A stretch of DNA of 64,000 nt from Myxococcota bacterium (GTDB lineage Bacteria > Myxococcota_A > SURF-8), in NCBI GenBank assembly GCA_963674735.2, contig CAXXQS010000002.1:768001-832000 (forward strand), written 5' to 3'. The notes below the pieces were generated by a model that had not been told where the DNA came from, did not search any database, and saw only the letters and a list, made by a program, of their open reading frames with translations. How positions within the stretch are numbered: position 1 is the stretch's first letter; each line of letters begins with the position of its first letter. Shown here one piece after another: positions 28,876-38,242 of the stretch. The translations under genes and the position numbers were made by a program.

Positions 28876-29238
28876 TTATGCCAGATACCGCTTGACTTTA
28901 TCAAGAAGCACGCCGACTTGAAAGGGTTTACTCAAATACTCCGTCGCGCCCTGCTTCAATCCCCAATAAACATCACTGGTTAGACTCTTCGCGGAAATCA
29001 TGATGATTGGAACACGTCGGTTTTCTTTTCGGGATTTTAGGCTTCGACAAACTTGATATCCGTCTTTTTTGGGCATCACCACATCCAGAATCATCAAGTC
29101 CGGATGCGTTTCATTGAACCGTCGCTCGGCTTCCTCACCATTCTCCGCCTCAACCAATTCATGGCCGAGTTCACGCAAAGCTTCGGCATAAACCTGCCGT
29201 TCAGTCGGTGAATCATCCGCGATCAGAATGCGTGCCAC
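28876..29238 (-). CDS. PilH/CheY-like single-domain response regulator
   Basis: ILIADDSPTE, LDVVMPKKDGYQVCR, DVYWGLKQGA, SKPF; GTG start with RBS GGGAGG. Confidence 0.9.
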   Translation of the reverse strand: MARILIADDSPTERQVYAEALRELGHELVEAENGEEAERRFNETHPDLMILDVVMPKKDGYQVCRSLKSRKENRRVPIIMISAKSLTSDVYWGLKQGATEYLSKPFQVGVLLDKVKRYLA

Positions 29239-29506
29239 ACGAACCTCCCTGTACAAGACCGCTAAGCCGCACCTTGCTTCAAACAGGACATCAAGCCTTG
29301 ATAGTTTGGCATAAAACACCGAAAATATCAAGTATTTCTGCAACCATACCCAATTCGAGACAAGACATGACCCATAGGCCAAGTTCACCTAATGCCGGGT
29401 TTTCCCTTGCAATTAAATCGGCCACTGGCTAATAATCTTGAATCTACTTGGCAGGGTACGCCGAACGAATCGTGCAGGGCCTGTACCGCCCGGGAAATGA
29501 AAAAAC

Positions 29507-30382
29507 ATGATCAAAGCGTTATTGGTGTCTGTTCGACCCAAACAATGGGTTAAAAACCTGATTATTTTCGCTCCGTTGGTCTTTTCGCAAAGTCTATTCG
29601 ACCTGGATCGAACCGCGTTGTCGGCGGCGGCTTTCGCTGTTTTCTGCCTCCTGGCGGGATCGGTTTATCTGCTTAACGACCTGTTCGACATTGAAAAAGA
29701 CCGTCAGCATCCCATCAAATGCAAGCGTCCATTGCCGTCGGGCCAACTCAAACCCGCCATCGCCGTATTGGCGCTGCTCGCGTTCAGCCTGGGATCACTG
29801 GCCACCGCGTTTATTCTCGACCTGGAATTCGGGGCCATGGCGCTGCTTTACTTCGTCAACAACCTGGCCTATTCCACTTTCATCAAACACGTGGTGATCA
29901 TGGACGTGATGTCCATCGCCTTCGGCTTCGTTCTGCGCGTCCTCGCCGGGGCGGCGGTGATTGATGTTCCCGCCACACCCTGGCTGCTGATGTGTACGGT
30001 TTTATTGGCACTATTCCTGGGATTCGCCAAACGACGCCATGAGCTGGTGCTGCTCAACGACAGCGCCGATTCGCATCGCCGGGTTCTGGAGCATTACACC
30101 CCGTATTTCCTCGATCAGATGATCCTGATCGTCACCGCCAGCACGGTGATGTCCTATGCGCTTTACACCATGTCGCCGGAAACCGTGGCCAATTTCGGCA
30201 CCCAGCATCTGATCTATACGATTCCCTTCGTTCTCTACGGAATCTTCCGCTATCTGTATCTGGTGCACCTGAAAGAAGGGGGCGGCAGTCCAACACGCGT
30301 CCTGCTGACCGACAAGCCGCTGGTGATCAACATTGTCTTGTGGTTGGGTAGCTGCATTCTGATTATCGAGGGTATTTTATGA
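29507..30382 (+). CDS. UbiA-family decaprenyl-phosphate phosphoribosyltransferase-like protein
   Basis: RPKQWVKN, YLLNDLFDIEKDRQHPIKCKRP, KRRHE, YGIFRYLYL. Confidence 0.88.
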   Translation: MIKALLVSVRPKQWVKNLIIFAPLVFSQSLFDLDRTALSAAAFAVFCLLAGSVYLLNDLFDIEKDRQHPIKCKRPLPSGQLKPAIAVLALLAFSLGSLATAFILDLEFGAMALLYFVNNLAYSTFIKHVVIMDVMSIAFGFVLRVLAGAAVIDVPATPWLLMCTVLLALFLGFAKRRHELVLLNDSADSHRRVLEHYTPYFLDQMILIVTASTVMSYALYTMSPETVANFGTQHLIYTIPFVLYGIFRYLYLVHLKEGGGSPTRVLLTDKPLVINIVLWLGSCILIIEGIL

Positions 30383-30747
30383 AAACCGTTCACTTCGTCC
30401 TGATTTTCGCCCTGGTCGCCAATGCCGTGGCCAATATCCTGATCAAAGAGGGCATGAAAGCCAAAGCACTCGACCTGGGCAACCTGCTGGGAGTGTTCAA
30501 GGCCATGGCCTTCAATCCGGTCGTGATTGCCGGGTTGTTCTTTTTCGGCTTGGCGCTGGCCGCCTATTCCTTCGTGCTGTCGCAGATCAAACTCTCGGTC
30601 GCCTATCCGATCATGACATCAGCTGGCTTTCTGATCGTGGTCACCTACTCCATGATAAAGCTGCAAGAACAGATTACGCTCATTCAGTGGGGTGGTCTGG
30701 CCCTGATCCTCACCGGAGTCTGGATGGTGGCCACCAACCTCGGCTAA
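30379..30747 (+). CDS. SMR/EamA-type 4-TM transporter (ArnE/ArnF-like)
   Basis: LSVAYPIM, WGGLALILTGV; ATGA overlap with the UbiA gene. Confidence 0.8.
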   Translation: MKTVHFVLIFALVANAVANILIKEGMKAKALDLGNLLGVFKAMAFNPVVIAGLFFFGLALAAYSFVLSQIKLSVAYPIMTSAGFLIVVTYSMIKLQEQITLIQWGGLALILTGVWMVATNLG

Positions 30748-30886
30748 CCTCAGCCAGTCCATCCGATGGTTCCGTCAATCTGCAAGGCGATGATTCCATT
30801 CCGAAATGAGATTGTAGCGCTGTGACCAAGCGCGGTGCCGCAAGCGATAGCTCAGCATTGAGAACATGATATCTATTTGAAATAAC

Positions 30887-30916
30887 AAAAAAAAGCGGGA
30901 CCGCAGTCCCGCTTTG
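30887..30916. terminator. Bidirectional terminator
   Basis: A-run AAAGCGGGAC-CGCA-GTCCCGCTTT between convergent genes. Confidence 0.75.
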
Positions 30917-30938
30917 CAGAGTCTCTTCTAACCGATGA

Positions 30939-31904
30939 TCAGAATGTGAACGCGACATCGGCATTGACGCCCCAGTTCTGACGCCGTTCACGCTGCGTGA
31001 GGGCCATGAAACCACCCACACCGCCCTCGAAAACGCCCAGATTGACGCGATAACCGCCCCCGACGTTTAGCTGGTGATTGGCGAAGTAGGCCATATCCAG
31101 TTTTTCGGAGTTCGTGTCGGCTTCCGCCCCGGCGCGGTAGCTGAGAATGTTGAGGACATTCTGTTCGCGTGCGGCCGACAAATCGCGGAACCAGGCCGTA
31201 TCTTCCACTTGGAGACCGATGAAATGCTGGCCGAGAATTTTCAGCAAGAAGTTCACCCGCGCATAAACGCCGCCGATGAATTCCTCGTCGTCTTCCGGGA
31301 TCACGGTGGTGCCCGGAATCAATTCGGCCTCTTCCGGATCGGAAATGTTCATCAGGAAGGATGCATCCACTTCCACGGCGAACCAATCGCCGGTGTTGAA
31401 GTAGAATTGTACGCCCGGATCCACCTCGTAAACACGCAATTCGTCGGGTTTGGTGGCAATCGGGAAATACGCCTGAATCGCGGCCGAACCCCACACCCAA
31501 TCGAGGTTGAGAAAACGGTATTTCGGCGTCAGTCCGATCGTGACGCTGTTGTTCCCGTAATTTTCCACCACTTCCTGGCATTCGGCGACCGACCCACTGC
31601 AGCGGCTCAACGTGACCTCTTCGACAGAATTGCGCCAGATAGTTTGCAGCGCGAAGCCGAAGCTGTCTTCGAACGCCAGTTGGAGGTCGAAGATGCCGCC
31701 GTGGGTCCCTTTGTTGACGCCTTTAACCGTGCCCTGCTCCGTGAAATAGCCGAATTTAACCGCGTTTTCAACCCTGGCATCGGTCCTGAAACCGAAGGGA
31801 GCCGAATACTGGTTGTTGAAATCGGCCGCGCCAAGCTCACCGGCGCTCAGAACGAGCAGGACGACGGCGAGGATAACAGCGTTTCGCCCAGACGGTGTCG
31901 TCAT
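30939..31904 (-). CDS. Putative outer-membrane beta-barrel protein
   Basis: Signal peptide, alternating beta-strand pattern, C-terminal VAFTF; RBS GAGGGAG. Confidence 0.75.
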   Translation of the reverse strand: MTTPSGRNAVILAVVLLVLSAGELGAADFNNQYSAPFGFRTDARVENAVKFGYFTEQGTVKGVNKGTHGGIFDLQLAFEDSFGFALQTIWRNSVEEVTLSRCSGSVAECQEVVENYGNNSVTIGLTPKYRFLNLDWVWGSAAIQAYFPIATKPDELRVYEVDPGVQFYFNTGDWFAVEVDASFLMNISDPEEAELIPGTTVIPEDDEEFIGGVYARVNFLLKILGQHFIGLQVEDTAWFRDLSAAREQNVLNILSYRAGAEADTNSEKLDMAYFANHQLNVGGGYRVNLGVFEGGVGGFMALTQRERRQNWGVNADVAFTF

Positions 31905-31958
31905 CGCTTCACTCCCTCTAAGTATCTTGGTCAAAATGGGTGACTACTTTGGTGATCC

Positions 31959-32068
31959 GGTCTACCGTATTTCGGGACGAGTGTCAAGATTTTTCTTGAA
32001 AGACAAGGGGTTATGCGATTTCTGACCCGAGAAAAACCTTGACAGGGCAAGGTTGGACATGCTATGAA
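31959..32068. promoter_or_regulatory. Back-to-back sigma70-like promoters
   Basis: Minus: TTGACA(31987-31982)-17-TAGACC; plus: TTGACA(32039)-18-TATGAA with extended TG. Confidence 0.55.
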
Positions 32069-32136
32069 ACCGACTCAAATTTATGCATGCGTCTCACACC
32101 GAAAAGGATCCGGAATTCGCAGACAGGGGAGGCGAT

Positions 32137-34221
32137 ATGAAATCGACTGTCAGAAGATGCGCGGCGGCCATCATTGTTGTGTGGTTAGCCTGCTTGCCTA
32201 TGGCTGTTTTAGCTCAAGATGCCGAGGGAACCGCGCCGACGCCGGCTCCCGCAGCAGAAGCTCCTGCGGCTGAAACCGCCCCGGAAGGGGCCGCGCCGCC
32301 TGACACGGCAGCCGCCGAGCCGCCCGCTTTTCCTTCGCCGGTTGAGCCTGTCCCGACCGATACGGCGGTCGAACCGGTGCCGACGGATGAGCAACCGGCA
32401 GAAAATGTTGAGGAAGTCGGCGATATCGACATCGACAGCCTCGACGATCTGGAAGACCTCGAACAGCTTGAGGAACTCGAAGATCTCGAAGGCGCACAGC
32501 TGGCCGAGCGGGAGCAATTGAAGTTCTTCGAACTCAATGGTTATCTGCGCTTGCGCGCCGATCTTTTCCATCAGCTCGACTTGGGCGTCTACAACTCCTT
32601 GCGTCCGTTGGGCGATTTGGGTACCGCCGACCACACCTCGGAAGACAAGCGCAAAGACAACACCATCGGCACCGCCAACATGCGGCTGCGCCTCAACCCG
32701 ACGTTGAATGTCAGCGAAGACATCAAAATCATGATGCAGGCCGACATCCTCGACAACGTCGTACTCGGCACCACCCCCGACACCTATCTGCGCGGCGGTC
32801 CCGGCGGTCTCGGACCGGGTATCTCGGGCTTCGCCACCTCACAGGTCGCCCAGCAGGCCGGACGCAACAGCGATGTCGATTCCATCCAGATCAAACGCGT
32901 ATGGGCCGAAGTCCGCACGCCCGTCGGTCTGCTCAAATTCGGTCGTCAGCCCTCCCATTGGGGCACCGGCATGTACATCAACGACGGCAATTGCGTCGAC
33001 TGCGATTACGGCGATACGGTCGATCGCATCCTGTTCGGCACCAAGATCTTCGAACACATCCTGTTCCTCGGCATGGACTTCGTCAACGAAGGCATCACCG
33101 ACGACACCCAGTTCGAATACGGCGGCCAGGATAAAGACGCCACCCAGCTCGACGATGTCCAGCAGATCGTTTTCGGTTTCGCGCGCAAACACACCGACGC
33201 CGAAGCGGAAGAGTTGATCGAAAACAACGACTTCGTCATCGATTACGGTTTCTACAATGTCCTGCGCTGGCAGTCCTACAGCCTGGAACAATCCGTCATC
33301 GGCGATCCCAGCAACCAAGCGGGCGATTTCGCCTCGCGCCAGAACCTGCGCGCCCAGCTCATCGAGCGTGACCTGAAGCTCTATGTCGGCGATATCTGGT
33401 TTAAATTCCTGTGGAAACGTCTCCATATCGAGCTGGAAGCCATCTGGATCACCGGATCGTTGGGCGATGCCGCCAAAGACGCCGCCGAGCAGACCTCGCT
33501 GCGCCAGAAGGGCATCACCGACAACAGCATCGACATCAACCAATATGGCGTCGTCTTCCAGATCGACTACAAATTCCTCGACGACGCCTTGTTCGTCGGC
33601 GCGGAATGGGGCCTCGCTTCGGGCGACCCCTACAACGGTCCCTACGGCAACGGTTACGACACCGGCTTCGGCGTTTATCCCTACCAGGATCGCCAGTTCG
33701 CCGACGCCAAATACCAGCGCACCAAAAACGGCCCCATGATCGAAGACCGGGCGGTCAACAACTTCCGCTTCGATCCCGATTACCACGTCGATTTGATCCT
33801 GTTCCGCGAGATCATCGGCACCGTGACCGACGCCACCTACGTCAAACCGTCCATCCAGTACAACATCACGCCGTCGATCGGTGCGCGCCTCGATGCCATC
33901 ATCAGCTTCGCGATGGAAGCCGACAGCACGCCGTCGTACTACCACATGAAATATGAAACCGTCGACGACGTCGTCGCGGGTGAATTGCCGTTGGAACGTA
34001 AAACCAATAACTATCTGGGCTCCGAGCTCGATCTGACCGTGTTTTACAAATCCTTCGACGGCTTCGGCATGCAGCTGCAATACGGCGTGTTCTTCCCCGG
34101 CGAAGCCTTCGGTTACTGGGACGGCGAATACATCAATGACAGCGGCGAACGCGAACCGACCTGGTTCTACGCCCCCAACATCGCCCAGACCGTCCAGGCC
34201 AACCTGACCGTCGAATTCTAA
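32137..34221 (+). CDS. TIGR04551-like myxobacterial outer-membrane protein
   Basis: ELNGYLRLR, RLNPTLNVSED, DILDNVVLG, IKRVWAEV, GRQPSHWG, DCDYGDTVDR, NFRFDPDYHVDLILFREIIG; terminal F; family recognised from memory. Confidence 0.8.
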   Translation: MKSTVRRCAAAIIVVWLACLPMAVLAQDAEGTAPTPAPAAEAPAAETAPEGAAPPDTAAAEPPAFPSPVEPVPTDTAVEPVPTDEQPAENVEEVGDIDIDSLDDLEDLEQLEELEDLEGAQLAEREQLKFFELNGYLRLRADLFHQLDLGVYNSLRPLGDLGTADHTSEDKRKDNTIGTANMRLRLNPTLNVSEDIKIMMQADILDNVVLGTTPDTYLRGGPGGLGPGISGFATSQVAQQAGRNSDVDSIQIKRVWAEVRTPVGLLKFGRQPSHWGTGMYINDGNCVDCDYGDTVDRILFGTKIFEHILFLGMDFVNEGITDDTQFEYGGQDKDATQLDDVQQIVFGFARKHTDAEAEELIENNDFVIDYGFYNVLRWQSYSLEQSVIGDPSNQAGDFASRQNLRAQLIERDLKLYVGDIWFKFLWKRLHIELEAIWITGSLGDAAKDAAEQTSLRQKGITDNSIDINQYGVVFQIDYKFLDDALFVGAEWGLASGDPYNGPYGNGYDTGFGVYPYQDRQFADAKYQRTKNGPMIEDRAVNNFRFDPDYHVDLILFREIIGTVTDATYVKPSIQYNITPSIGARLDAIISFAMEADSTPSYYHMKYETVDDVVAGELPLERKTNNYLGSELDLTVFYKSFDGFGMQLQYGVFFPGEAFGYWDGEYINDSGEREPTWFYAPNIAQTVQANLTVEF

Positions 34222-34243
34222 ACCGCCTTTCCAAACACCTTCT

Positions 34244-34267
34244 AACCGCCCTTCGGGGCGGTTTTTT
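34244..34267 (+). terminator. Intrinsic terminator
   Basis: AACCGCCC-TTCG-GGGCGGTT-TTTT. Confidence 0.9.
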
Positions 34268-34412
34268 CATGAGCCGAGCAAACAGCAGCAAATAAAATAC
34301 CCAATAAAGTCAATGCTCTTCATCCAAGAGGCCGCGTCTCTCCACAGCAGCCCCCCACCCCGGAAACCGAAGCAAAAAGGCGATCGTCGCATGAATTTTG
34401 TTGTGATTTTTC

Positions 34413-34441
34413 TTGACAGAAATCGAAGCTTAGGGTATTCA
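34413..34441 (+). promoter_or_regulatory. Promoter for the tRNA-Gly/Cys pair
   Basis: TTGACA-17-TATTCA with AT-rich upstream sequence. Confidence 0.55.
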
Positions 34442-34475
34442 TTATGTCCGTCTTTGGCGATTTGACAACTTGAAT

Positions 34476-34550
34476 GCGGGAATGACTCAGTGGTAGAGTG
34501 CGACCTTGCCAAGGTCGAAGTCGCGGGTTCAAATCCCGTTTCCCGCTCCA
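34476..34550 (+). tRNA. tRNA-Gly (GCC)
   Basis: GCGGGAA acceptor, CGACC-TTGCCAA-GGTCG anticodon arm, GGTTCAAATC, encoded CCA. Confidence 0.97.
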
Positions 34551-34606
34551 TTCAAAATCAAGCCGACCCGACGCATCACCATCGACGCGAAGGTTGGCTT
34601 TTTTTT

Positions 34607-34680
34607 GGCGCCGTGGCCAAGTGGTAAGGCAGAGGTCTGCAAAATCTTGATCACCGGTTCGACTCCGGTCGGCGCCTCCA
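34607..34680 (+). tRNA. tRNA-Cys (GCA)
   Basis: GGCGCCG acceptor, CTGCAAA loop, GGTTCGACTCC, U73-CCA. Confidence 0.96.
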
Positions 34681-34692
34681 AATCGTTCATTT

Positions 34693-34724
34693 CAGCGGCT
34701 GCTTCGGCGGCCGCTGTCGTTTTA
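34693..34724 (+). terminator. Terminator after the tRNAs
   Basis: CAGCGGCTGC-TTCG-GCGGCCGCTG then T-rich sequence. Confidence 0.65.
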
Positions 34725-34857
34725 TGCGCCTTCTTGCCATCCTGCCGCTTTCACTATTTTCCGCCCTCGCCCTTGCCCCTTTATCGAATCGTGATACAAT
34801 GAATGAAAACGCCAGCCGATCCGACAGGTTGCGCGGCATCACCAAACAGGATCGCCC

Positions 34858-35835
34858 ATGCCCGTACCATATCCAGATCAGGACGCCATCAAAGAGCGCG
34901 TCTATGCGCTGACCGGCCAAAAAGTTTACAGCAAGGTTGAAGTGGTGGAAGACACCACCCAGTTCATGAATATTACGCGTGGAAACGTACTGCGTCTGGG
35001 CGCACGCGAATTTTTCGTGTTGGGAGACATGCGCGAACCGCGCTTCGGTATGAACGATCAGCCCAAATACTGGGTCAAGCGCGTCCTCGATCTCGACGAT
35101 GACATCATTCGCTTGATCAAGCTGGTCTTCCACGAAGAATTCACCGCGCATATCGGTCCGATTCGCATGCGGTGCTGGCGTAGTCCGGAAAAAGAGGCCC
35201 GCGTTTTGGACCTCACCCAAAACGACGACCGCTTCATGCACGGCGTTTCCATGCCCGATGCCAACGGAAACGTGGTGCGCATCATCGATTTCATCGAAGG
35301 CCCCACCCTTTACGACGTCATCATGGACCTGGAGATCGATCACGAAACCTACTTTCAAACGATGTTCCCGACCGTTTTACGCAATCTGGTGCACACTATG
35401 GAGGCGATTCGCCTGCTGCATCAGCACGGGTTATGCCACGGCGATATCCGCAACGACCACATCATGATCGAGAGCGGCACCCGGCGTTATCGCTGGATCG
35501 ACTTCGATCTGACCCAACGTTTCTCCGATTTCGACGTATGGAGCTTCGGCAATGTCCTGCAATTCACCACCGGCATGGGCATGATGAGCTTCCATGAAGT
35601 GCGCGAATCCGAGCGCTTCAGCCCCGAGATCGGACGAAGCCTGTCCAGCGGCGATGCCGCCGCCTTTTACAAATACCGCATCATGAATCTGCGTAAAATT
35701 TACGGGTATATCCCGGAGCGCCTCAACCGCATTCTGATGCGCTTTTCGCTCAACACCAAAACGTATTACGAAACCATGCAACAAGTGCTGACCGACGTCG
35801 GGGAAGTCCTGGACGCCGATTTTCCTGCGACCTAA
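34858..35835 (+). CDS. Cytoplasmic protein-kinase-like protein (Ser/Thr kinase family)
   Basis: LIKLVF (Lys), SPEKE, IDFIEGPTL hinge, HGDIRNDH catalytic loop, WIDFD, DVWSFG. Confidence 0.82.
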   Translation: MPVPYPDQDAIKERVYALTGQKVYSKVEVVEDTTQFMNITRGNVLRLGAREFFVLGDMREPRFGMNDQPKYWVKRVLDLDDDIIRLIKLVFHEEFTAHIGPIRMRCWRSPEKEARVLDLTQNDDRFMHGVSMPDANGNVVRIIDFIEGPTLYDVIMDLEIDHETYFQTMFPTVLRNLVHTMEAIRLLHQHGLCHGDIRNDHIMIESGTRRYRWIDFDLTQRFSDFDVWSFGNVLQFTTGMGMMSFHEVRESERFSPEIGRSLSSGDAAAFYKYRIMNLRKIYGYIPERLNRILMRFSLNTKTYYETMQQVLTDVGEVLDADFPAT

Positions 35836-35859
35836 GCGGATCAACGTCAAAGGAGCGCC

Positions 35860-37359
35860 ATGCCTTTCAAGATCGGCACGAAACTCGTTATCGCGGTGGT
35901 TTTTTTCGCCATCATGGGTATCGGTATCACGGCCGGTTTCGCCTTCGATTTCTATCGCACCGCCATCATCGAAGAAATGATCCAGGCCGGGCGTCAGCTT
36001 TCGGGGGCGGTCAAAGGCGCGCTGCGCGAAGACATGATGCATAATCGCACGGAAGGAATGCGCCAGATCATTTCCAGCGTCGGCAATCAGGCGGAGGTCA
36101 CCCGCGTACGCATGTTCAATAAAGCGGGCATTATCCGCTACAGTTCCGACGCCGAAGAAGAAAACACCAAGGTGGACAAGCGCGCGGAAGCCTGTTTGCT
36201 CTGCCACGCCAACGATGCCAGCCAGCCCCCCAAAGCCACCTTGCAACATCGTTTGTTCAACGGCGATGACAACGTTTTGTATCTGGGCATCTCCGATCCG
36301 GTTTACAACGACCGCAGTTGCTGGACCGCTCCCTGCCACGCTCACAAATCCAACGAAAGCGTGCTCGGCTTTTTGGAGGTGGATATCCCTCTCACTCAGA
36401 TGGAAAAGAAAATCCAAACAGGCCGCCTGCATACCGTTCTGTTCGCTCTGGCGGCGGTGATCGCCATTTCGTTCATCACCCTGATTTTGGTGCGTCAACT
36501 CATTCTGGTTCCGGTGGCCAAAGTGGTGGACGCCACCAACCGCGTGGGCGGCGGCGAGTGGACCAACCCCATCTACGGTGCCCGTCAGGATGAAATGGGC
36601 CAGCTTATTCATGCCTTCAACCGCATGCAGGAAAAGATGCAGGTAAGCCAGCGCCAGCTCATCATGTCCGGCAAGCTGGCCTCGGTGGGTAAGCTGGCGG
36701 CCGGTGTGGCGCACGAAATCAACAATCCCCTAACCGGGATTCTCACCTTCGCCGAAGATCTGATCGACGAATCCGATACCGACGACCCGCGCATGGAGGA
36801 TTATCAGGTGATCCGGCGCGAAACCATGCGCTGCCGTGAAATCGTGCGCAACCTACTCGACTTCGCCCGTCCCGAGAAACCCGCCATCACCTCCGTGGAC
36901 ATCCGCGACGTCATCATGAAAAGCGTCAAGTTGGTGGAACGTCTGGCACAATTCCAGAACTGCCGAATCAACGCCGACTTACAGCTGGACCTGCCGCTGG
37001 TGCGGGGCGATGAAGGCCAGCTGCAGCAGGTCTTTTTGAATCTGATCGTCAATGCCTCCGAAGCGATGCCGGACGGCGGCGAGATCCGCATCGCCTCGCG
37101 TCACGAACCCGGCGACCCGCTGATCGAGGTGATCATCAGCGATGAGGGTCTCGGTATGACCTCCGATCAGAAACAGCACATTTTCGAGCCCTTCTTCTCC
37201 ACCAAAGGAGGACGCACACAAGGCTTGGGTCTTTCGGTAAGTTGGGGTATCATTGAGCAGCACGGCGGCAGTATCGATGTGGTAACCGCCCCGGATGCGG
37301 GCACCACCTTCACGGTGCGCTTGCCGGTCGACCGTAGCGGGATGCGTTGGAAGTCTTAA
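35860..37359 (+). CDS. Membrane histidine kinase with periplasmic heme c motifs
   Basis: TM, CLLCH and CWTAPCH, TM, HAMP, AHEINNPL, QVFLNLIVNA, GLGLS. Confidence 0.92.
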   Translation: MPFKIGTKLVIAVVFFAIMGIGITAGFAFDFYRTAIIEEMIQAGRQLSGAVKGALREDMMHNRTEGMRQIISSVGNQAEVTRVRMFNKAGIIRYSSDAEEENTKVDKRAEACLLCHANDASQPPKATLQHRLFNGDDNVLYLGISDPVYNDRSCWTAPCHAHKSNESVLGFLEVDIPLTQMEKKIQTGRLHTVLFALAAVIAISFITLILVRQLILVPVAKVVDATNRVGGGEWTNPIYGARQDEMGQLIHAFNRMQEKMQVSQRQLIMSGKLASVGKLAAGVAHEINNPLTGILTFAEDLIDESDTDDPRMEDYQVIRRETMRCREIVRNLLDFARPEKPAITSVDIRDVIMKSVKLVERLAQFQNCRINADLQLDLPLVRGDEGQLQQVFLNLIVNASEAMPDGGEIRIASRHEPGDPLIEVIISDEGLGMTSDQKQHIFEPFFSTKGGRTQGLGLSVSWGIIEQHGGSIDVVTAPDAGTTFTVRLPVDRSGMRWKS

Positions 37360-37385
37360 ACGACGACCCTAGAGGAGCGAAGACA

Positions 37386-38165
37386 ATGGCGGAACGAGCC
37401 AAGATTCTGGTGGTGGACGACGAAGATGTCGTGTTGCTTAGCATTCGAAAAGTTTTTAAAAGCGATGCCTTCGAACTGGATACCGTTCAATCGCCCCAAC
37501 TCGGCCTGGCTATGGTGGAGTCACGCAATTACGACGTGGTCATTACCGATCTGATGATGCCGGGCATGAACGGGCTGGAATTTCTCGACAAAGTCCGCGC
37601 CATGGACCCCGGCGTGCGCGTCATCATGATCACCGGTTATGCGACGATGCGCACCGCCCTGCAATCCATGCGACGCGGCGCGTTCGATTTTCTGGCCAAA
37701 CCCTTCACCAAGGAAGAACTGAGCAACGTCGTGCATCGCGCCATGCAGCGCGGCTCCATGACCGAAGAACCGGCCGACGCCTCACTTGCGGGAGCTTCGG
37801 AGAGCGCCGGGGCTCTGGAACCCGGACGCACCTATACCCTGCGGAATCACAGTTGGGCACGCATCGAACCCGATATGCGCGTGGTTATCGGTGTGGAACC
37901 GCATTATCTGTCCACCGTGGGCGACGTATCCGACCTCGAATTGCCCAAACCGGGCGAGGGTGTTTCGCAAGGGGGCGGCTGCGCCAAGTTGTTCACCGCC
38001 GACGGGCGCACCTACAGCCTGTGGTGCCCGCTTTCCGGGCGCGTGCTGACACTCAATACGGAGGTCATGGAAAACCCGGCGCGGCTGACGGAAAAATCGC
38101 GCGACCTGTGGTTGATCAAGATCGATCCCACCGCCATCGAACACGAAATCGAAAACCTGCTCTGA
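37386..38165 (+). CDS. Response regulator with a C-terminal GcvH (glycine cleavage H)-like domain
   Basis: LVVDDE...TDLMMPGMNG...ITGY...KPF, then HSWARIE...VGDVSDLELPKPG...CPLSGRVLTLN...WLIKI; no ESVKA lipoyl motif. Confidence 0.85.
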   Translation: MAERAKILVVDDEDVVLLSIRKVFKSDAFELDTVQSPQLGLAMVESRNYDVVITDLMMPGMNGLEFLDKVRAMDPGVRVIMITGYATMRTALQSMRRGAFDFLAKPFTKEELSNVVHRAMQRGSMTEEPADASLAGASESAGALEPGRTYTLRNHSWARIEPDMRVVIGVEPHYLSTVGDVSDLELPKPGEGVSQGGGCAKLFTADGRTYSLWCPLSGRVLTLNTEVMENPARLTEKSRDLWLIKIDPTAIEHEIENLL

Positions 38166-38242
38166 TCCTCTTCCTTGCCCGAATATCCCGGATGGGGCAT
38201 CCTGGCAGGGTAGGGACCGTTACGCGACGGAGAGCGCCATCT

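Noticed and set aside
32839-34080. Long antisense ORFs here and at 44491-45861, 57995-59608, 61303-62781, 23772-24677 and 35431-36714
   Set aside because: They mirror well-supported genes with strong codon bias in GC-rich DNA and have no motifs of their own
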